This document shows positions 14,869 to 24,134 of a stretch of DNA of 26,127 bases, in pieces. Origin of the DNA: a virus (taxonomy: Duplodnaviria > Caudoviricetes); the IMG/VR virus record IMGVR_UViG_3300047374_000214, positions 1 through 26,127 of that record. One strand, 5' to 3'. The notes beneath the pieces are model-generated. The model did no database searches. It worked only from the letters and a program-made list of their open reading frames with translations, and was not told the DNA's origin. Every line of letters starts with the position of its first letter. The first letter of the stretch is position 1. Made by a program: the position numbers and the translations under genes.

Positions 14869-17800
14869 TTATCTAAGTAATCTCGCAGCTTTGATAGAGT
14901 TTAAGTTCTTACCTTTTGGACCATACTTTGCAAACACTTCTAAATCGAATGAGAATTGTTCACCGTACTTGTCAAAAATGTCTAAACCTATTTTCTTAGT
15001 ATAAGTTAAGTTATTATACGCAAGTCTTCCGAAACCACCAATTCTACCAGTGTCAATAGATTCGTTGTTGCCAAAGTAATCAGTCATTCTATATTGGAAT
15101 ACTACATCTACTGAAACTGCGTTCGACTCATTATCTTTTTTTGCTCTAATTTCTTTTGCTGACCTTTTAGTTTCACCACTAACTTTTAAACTATCTAAAT
15201 TAACAGGAGACATAAATAGGTAAGCGCCACAAGATCTACCACCTAATAAGTACTGGTCACTTGCGTCAAAAGACATTTTAATAGGTCTTACAATTGGACC
15301 ATTACCTGCAGCAATTTGAGCATCATTTAAAGCAGTATCAAATAACCCATCACCTGAGTGGAATGCAGTTTGTTGTTTAGCAGTAACTTGTGTCGTATTT
15401 AAGTCATATCCAAATATACTAAATAGAGTACCACCTGTTGCTTGAATAGAAGTCTTTGTCATAGAAAATATCATTGACTTCTTAAGGTTTGATAGATCAA
15501 CACTATTTGCACCAGACTCTTGTACACTATCCCATAGATTCTCTAAAAGAGGGTGGTCTTTGTGAACAAATAAACCTGTATTATATTCACTTAAAGTAAT
15601 AGTACTAGTACTAGTTGTATTAATTTTATCAGCATTCCATGAATCTGTATAGTTGGAAAAACTTCCAGCCCAAATAAAGTCATTTGCACTATTTGTTGCA
15701 GTCCATGGTGTGTTAGTATCAGGAATACTTAAATCATACTCGTAATCTTTAATCGATATATTAGCTTCTGGATTTAGAGGAGATACGATATAGTGCGGAT
15801 TTTGATTTGCAATATCCATATATCTACTGTAGATAAACTGACCTCTTCTTTGCATTGACTGGTAAGGTGCATCCCATGTATTATCATAAGTACCTTCTCC
15901 AGCGCCTGCTCCACTTGAAGTATTATTAGGAATATTTTGATACTGAACTGGTACTAGGTCGTAATTACCCTCTTCTTGGTAGTAATTATCTCTAATAACC
16001 TTATTATCAATAGCTTCACCAGATTGATCGTTTTCTTTAATACCAAACCCATTATCGTGTTCCGGAGAACCGGGTTTAACAGACTTATATGCTGGTTTAG
16101 TTCTATCACCAACTAGCCTAGAAACTAATTCTAATTTAGTGGCTTTACTATTTTCTAATTGTAACTTAAATGTCTTAGTTACAATATGTCCTTTTCTAAT
16201 TGTAAGATCAGCAACTTCATCTACATAATAACCTGCAAATAATTGAGTTGTAGTATCTTTTACGATATTAGTAACTGTTCCATCTTCAGCAACAATCTTA
16301 ACAACCAATTCTCCAACTTCAGCTTCAACAGTACCTTTAAGACCTGCGATCTGAGCTTCAAGTTCCGCTATCTTGTCATAGACTGATATTGGTTTTTGTT
16401 CCGGAGATAAAAAGCCGGATGCAATATTTGTTGCAACGTGAGCATAATAGTTTTCATTTGCAGTAAATGCATCTTCAACATGAGTATAAACTCCTTGTGC
16501 AGTTAACTCTTCAACAATTTCTACTTTTGCTAATTCAGCAGTATTAACTTCTACTACAGCAGCAACATCAGTTGTATCAACCTCTTCTTCCGGGAATGAT
16601 ACTGTAACTGGCTCTGACCAATCAGATAAGATTGGGTTAGCAGGATAACCAGCTTCTGAAACTGATTTAATTCTAATTTCTACTAGCTCACCCTGGTTAA
16701 TAGCAATATCTAACTGGTTAAAGTTAATTTCTTGTCCATCTTCGATTTTAGTTTCTTGCCATGTAAATTTACTAGCAATATTACCGTTATTATCAATAGA
16801 CTTTGCTCTCTTTCTAACTTTAGATTTCTTTTCATTCCAGTTTGAGAAGATTGCCTGCTTTTCTCTACTCTCATCAGTAAATTTAAGCTGAGCTGCTTCT
16901 GCCGCCTTTCCAGAAGTAGATAAGTATCTATATTGTATAATAAACTGCACAACGTTCTGGTCTAAAGTATCTGCTACTTGTTTAGCTGAAGGTACAGCCC
17001 AGAAACCTCTAATTCTATATTTAGGTGCAATCTTAGTTGCATTAGATGAAGAAGATAATGCCTGAATCTGTGTTACGATTGAGTTGTAAAGTTTAGATTC
17101 TGATACTCTTTCTTCAATTAATGCATTTAATTCGTTTTTATCTTTATCTTTCTGTATTTTAGATTCATATTTCTTAGTAGCAATCTCAGATCTCTTTTTA
17201 GAAATTGTGTCATCTAATTTTTTAACAGCTTCAAGTACTTTGGCTTTATCTGCAGATAATTTCTTAATTTTATCCGCTGAATCATTATCAGTTAAATGTT
17301 TATTAATCTGAACAACTTTAAAGTTACTAGCATTTAATGTAGGAGCATCTGGAGTTACACCAACCGTTGCAGGTGGTATATTATCCTCTTTAATAGACAT
17401 AATAAGTTTACCAAAGTCAGCCACATTTGCTTTGTAATAATCAGAAAGTAATGTGATACTACCATCTTCCTCTAATATCTCTAAATCATTTGAATAGAAT
17501 CCAATACCTGGAGACCATGATTCAGCTAAGATTTTAGATTCAGGATCTAATGCTTTTACAAAACATAAAACTCTTTCATCAAATCCTACAGGTATTTCTA
17601 GATCTAAATTATTATCTTCTACCTTATAGATTGATAAAGTACCTGCACCAATCTTAATAGCCTCATAGCCCTCTATCAACGTAAGCTCAGCCTGACGAGT
17701 TGAAGCGTCCAGCTTTGTGATTCTATATCTTGTGTTTTTAGAACCACCAGTGACCATCAATTGATCGCCTACGCGTAATAATTCAGTCTCATCTAGATCT

Positions 17801-18549
17801 TTATCATTATCTGAGTATGTTAATCTATCTAAAGTATATAATTTGATAGCCTGTTTTACAGTAATACCATCTTCTAAAACTTCTCTTTGAGAATTTGAAA
17901 TTGATAGGACATCAAACTTGCCAGTATATTGTGTAGTTCTATAAGGCATATCTCTTAACTCTTCGTCAAGTGTATATGCAATGTTGTTATTGACAATATC
18001 TCTAATAGCAGTTAAGTAATCAATATTATCTTGGTCTCTATAATTTTCATTAAAGAAGTCTACTGCTACTTGATTTGTACCATCAAATAAAATTCTTTTT
18101 ACTAAAACCCTTTCTGTATCATTTGGAATTTGACCACTAACATCTATCGTTGTGGCTAACATTGGGTTTAAGAAATCTTCTGCAAAATAATTAGGCTTTG
18201 AAATAAAAGCAGTCGGTCTAGCTAAAGACGTAATATCATTTGCTGGAGTTTTTAATGAAGTAGTAATAATACTTTGAAAAGTACCATCTGGTAATTTTAC
18301 TCTAGTCGAACCTTTACCTAAACCTGCTAGAGCTTTTAGATTATTATCTAATCTCTCAAGTTCTCTTTTCATATAGCCGAATCCAGGTACAGATACTATT
18401 TTAGTACCCTCGTCAGTTAGAATTTCTAACGGGATGTCTTTCGCATTAGTAGTTACTGCTTCATTAATACGCTCAAACGTCTTTAGCGAGTTAGTATTAA
18501 TCTCTAGCAGTTTCTTTAGAGAGTTAGATATAGAGTTGTTCGTGTTCAT
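14869..18549 (-). CDS. Hypothetical structural protein (1226 aa) with Lys-rich coiled coil and FN3-like segment
   Basis: Heptad, K/E-rich stretch DKIKKLSADKAKVLEAVKKLDDTISKKRSEI...; FN3-like closing strands VEIRIKSVSEAG...SDWSEPVTV; located in the baseplate/tail operon. Confidence 0.55.
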   Translation of the reverse strand: MNTNNSISNSLKKLLEINTNSLKTFERINEAVTTNAKDIPLEILTDEGTKIVSVPGFGYMKRELERLDNNLKALAGLGKGSTRVKLPDGTFQSIITTSLKTPANDITSLARPTAFISKPNYFAEDFLNPMLATTIDVSGQIPNDTERVLVKRILFDGTNQVAVDFFNENYRDQDNIDYLTAIRDIVNNNIAYTLDEELRDMPYRTTQYTGKFDVLSISNSQREVLEDGITVKQAIKLYTLDRLTYSDNDKDLDETELLRVGDQLMVTGGSKNTRYRITKLDASTRQAELTLIEGYEAIKIGAGTLSIYKVEDNNLDLEIPVGFDERVLCFVKALDPESKILAESWSPGIGFYSNDLEILEEDGSITLLSDYYKANVADFGKLIMSIKEDNIPPATVGVTPDAPTLNASNFKVVQINKHLTDNDSADKIKKLSADKAKVLEAVKKLDDTISKKRSEIATKKYESKIQKDKDKNELNALIEERVSESKLYNSIVTQIQALSSSSNATKIAPKYRIRGFWAVPSAKQVADTLDQNVVQFIIQYRYLSTSGKAAEAAQLKFTDESREKQAIFSNWNEKKSKVRKRAKSIDNNGNIASKFTWQETKIEDGQEINFNQLDIAINQGELVEIRIKSVSEAGYPANPILSDWSEPVTVSFPEEEVDTTDVAAVVEVNTAELAKVEIVEELTAQGVYTHVEDAFTANENYYAHVATNIASGFLSPEQKPISVYDKIAELEAQIAGLKGTVEAEVGELVVKIVAEDGTVTNIVKDTTTQLFAGYYVDEVADLTIRKGHIVTKTFKLQLENSKATKLELVSRLVGDRTKPAYKSVKPGSPEHDNGFGIKENDQSGEAIDNKVIRDNYYQEEGNYDLVPVQYQNIPNNTSSGAGAGEGTYDNTWDAPYQSMQRRGQFIYSRYMDIANQNPHYIVSPLNPEANISIKDYEYDLSIPDTNTPWTATNSANDFIWAGSFSNYTDSWNADKINTTSTSTITLSEYNTGLFVHKDHPLLENLWDSVQESGANSVDLSNLKKSMIFSMTKTSIQATGGTLFSIFGYDLNTTQVTAKQQTAFHSGDGLFDTALNDAQIAAGNGPIVRPIKMSFDASDQYLLGGRSCGAYLFMSPVNLDSLKVSGETKRSAKEIRAKKDNESNAVSVDVVFQYRMTDYFGNNESIDTGRIGGFGRLAYNNLTYTKKIGLDIFDKYGEQFSFDLEVFAKYGPKGKNLNSIKAARLLR

Positions 18550-18550
18550 A

Positions 18551-20491
18551 TTATCTTAAAATATCTACTTCAAATACATAATTGACCGGATCGATACAAA
18601 CGATTTCAAAGTAAGGTTTATTTGTTAATAGCTGTGATGGAGCAATAGTTGTAATAGTAGTATTAAACCCACCAGACTTATTAGTTAGTATGTTAATATT
18701 ATTACCATCTACATCTATCGTATCAATAGCTACTTTGAAAACTTGACCCTTCTTCCAACCTGTTGTTGAATCATCAATGTATATATTTAGGTTACTATTT
18801 AGCACCTCTTGGTTTAACAAGTTATTTAAACTTAATCTATTTGAATATGCGTTTAGTTTGGCCCAAACACCATATTGGTTTGCTAATGAGTTATCAAATG
18901 GAGTAGTTGGGGTTAATGCGCCAGTCGTAATCTGTGATGCAATATCCCATTGATATACATCAGATACAGCGTAACCATCTACATCATTATTAACTTTAAT
19001 TTTACCTGCAATAGATTTATCAACTGTAGTACCTCTACCTGAGAAGATTACATCTGTATTATATTGTAATTCTACTGGGATAGTACCATCTACCAATTGA
19101 TTAATTTTTGTGTGAGCATTATTAATTAATGCTAGTAATGCATTTGAATCTTGTAACTGTAATGAAGATGCTGTAAAATCATCTTCTAACTCTTGAATTC
19201 TAGACTCAAGTGCCGCAGCTCTAGCAGTACCTAAGATTACGTTTTCTAAAGAGTCTAATCTTTCTACAATTTTATTATATCTATTATTAGCTTGTAGTAA
19301 TAGATCTGTCGCATTCTCTAACGCTGTAGTAGTGTCCATGAAAAGGTCCATGGAGAAAGTAGTAAAGTCATTTATACTTGTCTCAACACCTACGTTATCT
19401 AGCGATGAATTAAATTTAAGATTTAATTTTAAAGAATATGCATTACCATTTAAGCCTGTAACTTCATTAGGCTTAAATTTAATTTGCTCGTGAATTTTTG
19501 TACCCGGTCCGTAAGCATCTAAAATATCATCTAAGATTAGAATTCCGTACAGGTTTGTAGCTCTATTTGCTGGTACAGAAGAGCTATATAAATCATAATA
19601 AACTAAAACAGCATTAAACTTAAACTGTTGTCCAGTTTTTGCATAGTCTAATAAAGACTCTACGTCTGGATTATTTTGAATTGTTTCATAAGAAGCAGTT
19701 TCCCAATCAATTTGTACCGAATCAGTAGCATTTGTTTGAATGTCATAGTATGGTCCTGAGTTTAGGGTCCATTGATCTACTACAGGTTCTAAATTAATAT
19801 TAGGATCTGGATGTGTTTGACCTTCTCTACCTTCAACATTTACTGCGTTAACATCAGTTGGATAGAGTTTAGTTGCAGATGTATTATAGTCTGTAGGCTT
19901 AAACAATACTAGAGGTGTATTACCTACCGCTGTCGGTACGTTAATATAAACTTCATGGTAAGTATTGCCTTGATAAGCTACGTCGTTCTCAGCGTCAATA
20001 TGACCTAAGTATTTAACTACTTTATCGTAGTTCGAGCCGCCTAAAATAGAATTATTATTTTCAGCGTATGCTCCTGTTGAACTCTCATTAGAATCAGTTG
20101 GTCTAAAATCTACAGCACCTAATGCTGATAACCACTTAAAGAAAATCTTTTCTGCATCGGATTGCAGAATAATTGGGTCATAGTCATCATCCTTTAGAAG
20201 TATCTCTTCTAAATTTAATGCGTAATTTTGGAATGTTTGAGCGAAATCCACATTGGGCTGAGTTGCATTATATGCTTGACCAGAGGGTTGCTTTAAGTTT
20301 ACCTCAAAGTCAATAGCGTTAGCTCCGTCAACAGATTGCGTAAAATCAGGTAGATCTAGTAAAGCGAATTTACTAAATTCAAAATTGATGTCAGCACTGT
20401 TAAAGGCTCTAGTAATATCTCTCGCCGAAGAAGCGAAAGCATACATTGTGCCACCTTGCGGCTGTGGTATTCTTACTAATGGAGTTGCCAT
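18551..20491 (-). CDS. Hypothetical structural protein (646 aa), probably baseplate/tail-associated, with coiled coil
   Basis: Long ORF with a coiled-coil stretch LENATDLLLQANNRYNKIVERLDSLE...LESRIQELEDDF, located in the baseplate operon. No family was recognised. Confidence 0.5.
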   Translation of the reverse strand: MATPLVRIPQPQGGTMYAFASSARDITRAFNSADINFEFSKFALLDLPDFTQSVDGANAIDFEVNLKQPSGQAYNATQPNVDFAQTFQNYALNLEEILLKDDDYDPIILQSDAEKIFFKWLSALGAVDFRPTDSNESSTGAYAENNNSILGGSNYDKVVKYLGHIDAENDVAYQGNTYHEVYINVPTAVGNTPLVLFKPTDYNTSATKLYPTDVNAVNVEGREGQTHPDPNINLEPVVDQWTLNSGPYYDIQTNATDSVQIDWETASYETIQNNPDVESLLDYAKTGQQFKFNAVLVYYDLYSSSVPANRATNLYGILILDDILDAYGPGTKIHEQIKFKPNEVTGLNGNAYSLKLNLKFNSSLDNVGVETSINDFTTFSMDLFMDTTTALENATDLLLQANNRYNKIVERLDSLENVILGTARAAALESRIQELEDDFTASSLQLQDSNALLALINNAHTKINQLVDGTIPVELQYNTDVIFSGRGTTVDKSIAGKIKVNNDVDGYAVSDVYQWDIASQITTGALTPTTPFDNSLANQYGVWAKLNAYSNRLSLNNLLNQEVLNSNLNIYIDDSTTGWKKGQVFKVAIDTIDVDGNNINILTNKSGGFNTTITTIAPSQLLTNKPYFEIVCIDPVNYVFEVDILR

Positions 20492-20511
20492 CTACAGTTT
20501 CGGTTTAATTT

Positions 20512-21078
20512 TTATTGTACAGTTACTTTATGTGAACCTACCACATACCAAACTGTGTTAAAACATCTCAGTGTTATCGTCGAGTTAAGACCATCTAAGC
20601 TAATTGAAGTAGCAGCTAGCGCAGCACCTTGTCCCGTGTTTGCTTTAACTTCAACTGCTGAATTTGCTACATTAATTAGAGTAACTTCTTGCCCGTCATC
20701 TCCAACTGGAAGCGTAAATTCCCCGTCAATAAAGTAGTTAGACTTATCTAAGTTACTTGGTGCTGTATTGGTTGTTGCTACTGCAGCAGTTCCAACTACA
20801 CCTGACTTAATAAGTTTACCACCTAAATTAACATTCTGCATTGTAGCTGCTGTGCCAAATGTTGCACCTGCAGAACTAACAGAAAGTAAAGCTGAGCCGT
20901 CTACTACGTTAAGCTGTTGTGTTGTTGCTGAAGATAAACCACTTAATACACCAGTAGTAGGGTTTATTAAAGCTACAACTGAAGCTAACTCGTCGTTTAA
21001 TAACTCAAAGTTACTGTTGATAACTGGTCTCGATGATGATACCGAATCTGTACCTAAAATTTCAGTAATGTTTGCCAT
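20512..21078 (-). CDS. T4 gp9/gp10-like baseplate-fibre connector protein
   Basis: 188 aa. The N-terminal DSVSSSRPVINSNFELL resembles the gp9/gp10 D...KINxNFxEL motif. The C-terminal FTLPVGDDGQEVTLIN...ITLRCFNTVWYVV resembles the gp9/gp10-type beta-sandwich (TLP.G..G...W). Confidence 0.5.
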   Translation of the reverse strand: MANITEILGTDSVSSSRPVINSNFELLNDELASVVALINPTTGVLSGLSSATTQQLNVVDGSALLSVSSAGATFGTAATMQNVNLGGKLIKSGVVGTAAVATTNTAPSNLDKSNYFIDGEFTLPVGDDGQEVTLINVANSAVEVKANTGQGAALAATSISLDGLNSTITLRCFNTVWYVVGSHKVTVQ

Positions 21079-21085
21079 TTTATAT

Positions 21086-23863
21086 TTATTTTACTTTTAA
21101 CATGTTGCGTTTTACAACGTTCTTATTTCCATACGTGTCTTCAGCTTCCAGTTCAATCGAGTAGTTACCCGGCTCTTGGAAGATGTATGTAAGCCACATA
21201 TTATTATAGTATATATCATTGATTTCTGGGTTAGTTATATTAGTGATAGTCCATTTTGGATTTCTAGCACCTGGAAACTTAGAAATATCAGTTGATATAG
21301 TGATATGGGTAGATCTTTCAACTTCTGCCCAATTTTTAAATACTTTTAAATTATCCCACGAAGGATTATATGCCACAGAGTGTACAAAGCCATCTGCGGG
21401 CGCATTGACTGTAGACGCAGTGTCTTTAATAATCTCTACTTTTTCAAAATCATAGTTCTTAGAATACTCTTGACCTGAACATAAAAGGAAGTAGAATTTA
21501 TCAAAATTATCAATATCACTATCATTATCTTCATCTAAGAAAATAGGGTTATAGTTAAATTTAGCGATAATAGGATCTGTACTAGCCTCTAATTCATTTG
21601 CAATAGTTTCCCATCTAGTAATATCATTAGCACTTAAAGGAGACTCAGATAAAATCTTATGCTCCCCTACTATTACTTCTTTTGTTGATGGATTTCTATG
21701 TGTAATTTTTAGAATATCACCCTGTTCAATCCAGTTAATCTTAAAAGATGCTGTTAAATCTGGGCCAACTCTCATGTTATCCCACCAGTTATGAACTGTA
21801 TCTTTCCATCTAAATTCACATTCATCCCATTGGTATGGTCCAGTAGTTTCTGAATATCCAGTATCTGAGAATGGATCGACAAACCTTCTTACCATTGAGA
21901 ATCTTACACCTTGGTCTTCTTCTCTATGTAAATAATTTGCTCTATCTAAAGTTTGATAGAATGTTGCAATGTTATCATCAATCTTTGCAGTGTTATCTTG
22001 TGCAAAATTCCAATATCCACCTGATTTATCCCAGTCTAAAGATTTAGAATCCCATGTTGCAATTCTATCTTTACTATCTACCTCTAACCATTTATAGATA
22101 CCATATAATTCTAACTCTTTTAATTTAACCTCAAATAGATCGTCTTTCTTATAGTAAGACATGTGGCCAAATAGATCATAAATTCTTAATTCTATAGTAT
22201 AAGCTCCGACATAAGGTAAATTAACAGGTAATCTTTTATAGTCATCAACTGGACCTCTATATTCTTGGTGCCATCCCTGTGGTCCATCAATAATCCATTC
22301 AACTTCATATACCCATCTTTTCCACCAATCGTTCCATGTTACTTTTAGATTTTCATTTGCATCAACTGCATCATCCCAAACAAAATTAGCCTCGTCCCAA
22401 ACATCATCCCAAGACTCCATAGAATCTAAAATAACTGGACAGCCTATTGGAATTTTAGTTGAAGAAAAATTAGAGTTCCATGAATTCATTTCCCTATCAT
22501 GATAAGTCTCGTAGAATTTTTCATAGACTGATTTTAACTCTGTTCTTTGAGCTACAGTCATGGTAGACTCTTCACCAATAGCTAAATTTAAAAATGTATT
22601 ATAGTTATTAGTAAGATCATCTTGATCTAGGCTTGGTTTTAAAACCATCGATGTATCTTCAATAAAAAGATCTCTATCTTTTGGAAATACATCAAACTTT
22701 ACTCTATGTCCCTCTGTAAAAAAGCCAATTGGATTTTGAATCTTCCAAATATTTAAGTTCTTCTGAGAGAAATAGTCGCCTTCTCCTGTAATATCTACGA
22801 TTTTAGCTTCAAGGGGTAAAAAATCTCTTTGTAATCTATTCTTTAAACCGTATAATTTAATTAGGACTTCATCTGGAGTATAATCAAATACCTCATCAAC
22901 ATTTGCAATATCCCATTGATCGAAAGTTCCATTAGGCTCATTTAATCTATAGACTAAAGAAAATCTACTAGTTTTCTTTTGAGTTGAAGAAGGCATCTTA
23001 AATTTCAAACGCTTTCTTATTCTCTCTCCTCTTACCGATGAGTTAGGTACGGGAATTGCATGTAACTTACCGAAAGTCTTCGAGTCTTTATCTACATTAA
23101 TCCAATACTCTTTAAGTGTAATCTTATCATAACCGAAAAAGTCAATTGCATTTAGAATAGCTTTATACGTACCAACAAATGGCTTAATATTATTTAGCTC
23201 TAATAGTAATTCTTTTCTCTTTTGATTTAGAAGTTGGTAATCAGGATGCATCTCTGAAATATCATGAGACTTAAATAACATAAAGTCTTCTTCCTCTAAA
23301 GACGCACCTAAGTTAGCTAATAATACTTTTAATCTAGGATCTTCTGCTTCAACTTCACCATAAAATTCAATTCTTGCAACCACGACCTCACCGGCTTTAA
23401 CTTGCAATACTCTCTTGTGAATACCTTCATGTTCTGAAGAAACAGCTATGTTAACCTGTAAAGCACTATTTAATTGTGTATTAATACTTTTTAGATAATT
23501 ACTATCTTGTGAATCAATTGTATCAAAAGGTGCTAACGTTAATGATTGGTTTTTTAATTCCTTTACATAGGCCTTACCACCATCCATGCGCATACCATAC
23601 ATTATTACATCTTTAGATTGGTCAGACTCTATAGCTTCCCAACTAAAATCTAATGTAGTAATTATATTATCTGGAGAGACTGGTTTATTAATAACTAAAT
23701 CGCCATTTAATAAACACTCTTCTAGAACAAATAGGTTTACTGTTTCGTATAAGTTTGCAGATACTTCTGGCATATAGACTTTACCAGTCCAAATACCATC
23801 CGCATCCTGAATTAACTGGATTTCAGAATCAGTACCATTAAAGAATCTTAAATTATTCCACAT
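21086..23863 (-). CDS. Baseplate wedge protein, gp7/P2 gpI-like, with PKD-like domains and Trp-heptad segments
   Basis: 925 aa. RKELLLELNNIKPFVGTYKAILNAIDFFGYDKITLKEYW matches the gp7/gpI pattern R..l...(K)GT..ai...l...G......EyW. PKD-like ends are LPYVGAYTIELRIYDLFG and FQEPGNYSIELEAEDTYG. It lies downstream of the gp6-like gene. Confidence 0.6.
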   Translation of the reverse strand: MWNNLRFFNGTDSEIQLIQDADGIWTGKVYMPEVSANLYETVNLFVLEECLLNGDLVINKPVSPDNIITTLDFSWEAIESDQSKDVIMYGMRMDGGKAYVKELKNQSLTLAPFDTIDSQDSNYLKSINTQLNSALQVNIAVSSEHEGIHKRVLQVKAGEVVVARIEFYGEVEAEDPRLKVLLANLGASLEEEDFMLFKSHDISEMHPDYQLLNQKRKELLLELNNIKPFVGTYKAILNAIDFFGYDKITLKEYWINVDKDSKTFGKLHAIPVPNSSVRGERIRKRLKFKMPSSTQKKTSRFSLVYRLNEPNGTFDQWDIANVDEVFDYTPDEVLIKLYGLKNRLQRDFLPLEAKIVDITGEGDYFSQKNLNIWKIQNPIGFFTEGHRVKFDVFPKDRDLFIEDTSMVLKPSLDQDDLTNNYNTFLNLAIGEESTMTVAQRTELKSVYEKFYETYHDREMNSWNSNFSSTKIPIGCPVILDSMESWDDVWDEANFVWDDAVDANENLKVTWNDWWKRWVYEVEWIIDGPQGWHQEYRGPVDDYKRLPVNLPYVGAYTIELRIYDLFGHMSYYKKDDLFEVKLKELELYGIYKWLEVDSKDRIATWDSKSLDWDKSGGYWNFAQDNTAKIDDNIATFYQTLDRANYLHREEDQGVRFSMVRRFVDPFSDTGYSETTGPYQWDECEFRWKDTVHNWWDNMRVGPDLTASFKINWIEQGDILKITHRNPSTKEVIVGEHKILSESPLSANDITRWETIANELEASTDPIIAKFNYNPIFLDEDNDSDIDNFDKFYFLLCSGQEYSKNYDFEKVEIIKDTASTVNAPADGFVHSVAYNPSWDNLKVFKNWAEVERSTHITISTDISKFPGARNPKWTITNITNPEINDIYYNNMWLTYIFQEPGNYSIELEAEDTYGNKNVVKRNMLKVK

Positions 23864-23864
23864 A

Positions 23865-24134
23865 TTATCTAGTTCTGTCGTCGTCTTTTTCTACCGTAAA
23901 GTTCTTGTAATTTCTTAAGTATCTAACCTGTCGTAAAACATTAGTCATCATATCATCAATAAATCCTAAGAACTCTCTCATTACTTGGTTTCTTTGAATA
24001 AACCTAGATAGCTGATTTTTAAGCAGACCATTTTTATCATAGTCATATCTTATATTCTTTAGATCATCTCTTCTATGCTTAGCTATCTTATATAGCCTCT
24101 TACGCTTGTATGCTCTTATATTATTAAATAACAT
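23865..24134 (-). CDS. Small basic helical protein (89 aa), possibly a baseplate wedge accessory subunit
   Basis: Fills the gap exactly: a TAATG overlap with the gp6-like gene and a 1-nt gap to the next gene. It has an R/K-rich N-terminus and an amphipathic helix MREFLGFIDDMMTNVLRQVRYL. Confidence 0.6.
   Translation of the reverse strand: MLFNNIRAYKRKRLYKIAKHRRDDLKNIRYDYDKNGLLKNQLSRFIQRNQVMREFLGFIDDMMTNVLRQVRYLRNYKNFTVEKDDDRTR

Noticed and set aside
16710-16952. 80-aa alternative-frame ORF nested in the 1226-aa gene (possible overprinted gene or o-spanin)
   Set aside because: It has no signal peptide or lipobox, no initiation signal, and a length attainable by chance; it is also not inside the spanin candidate.
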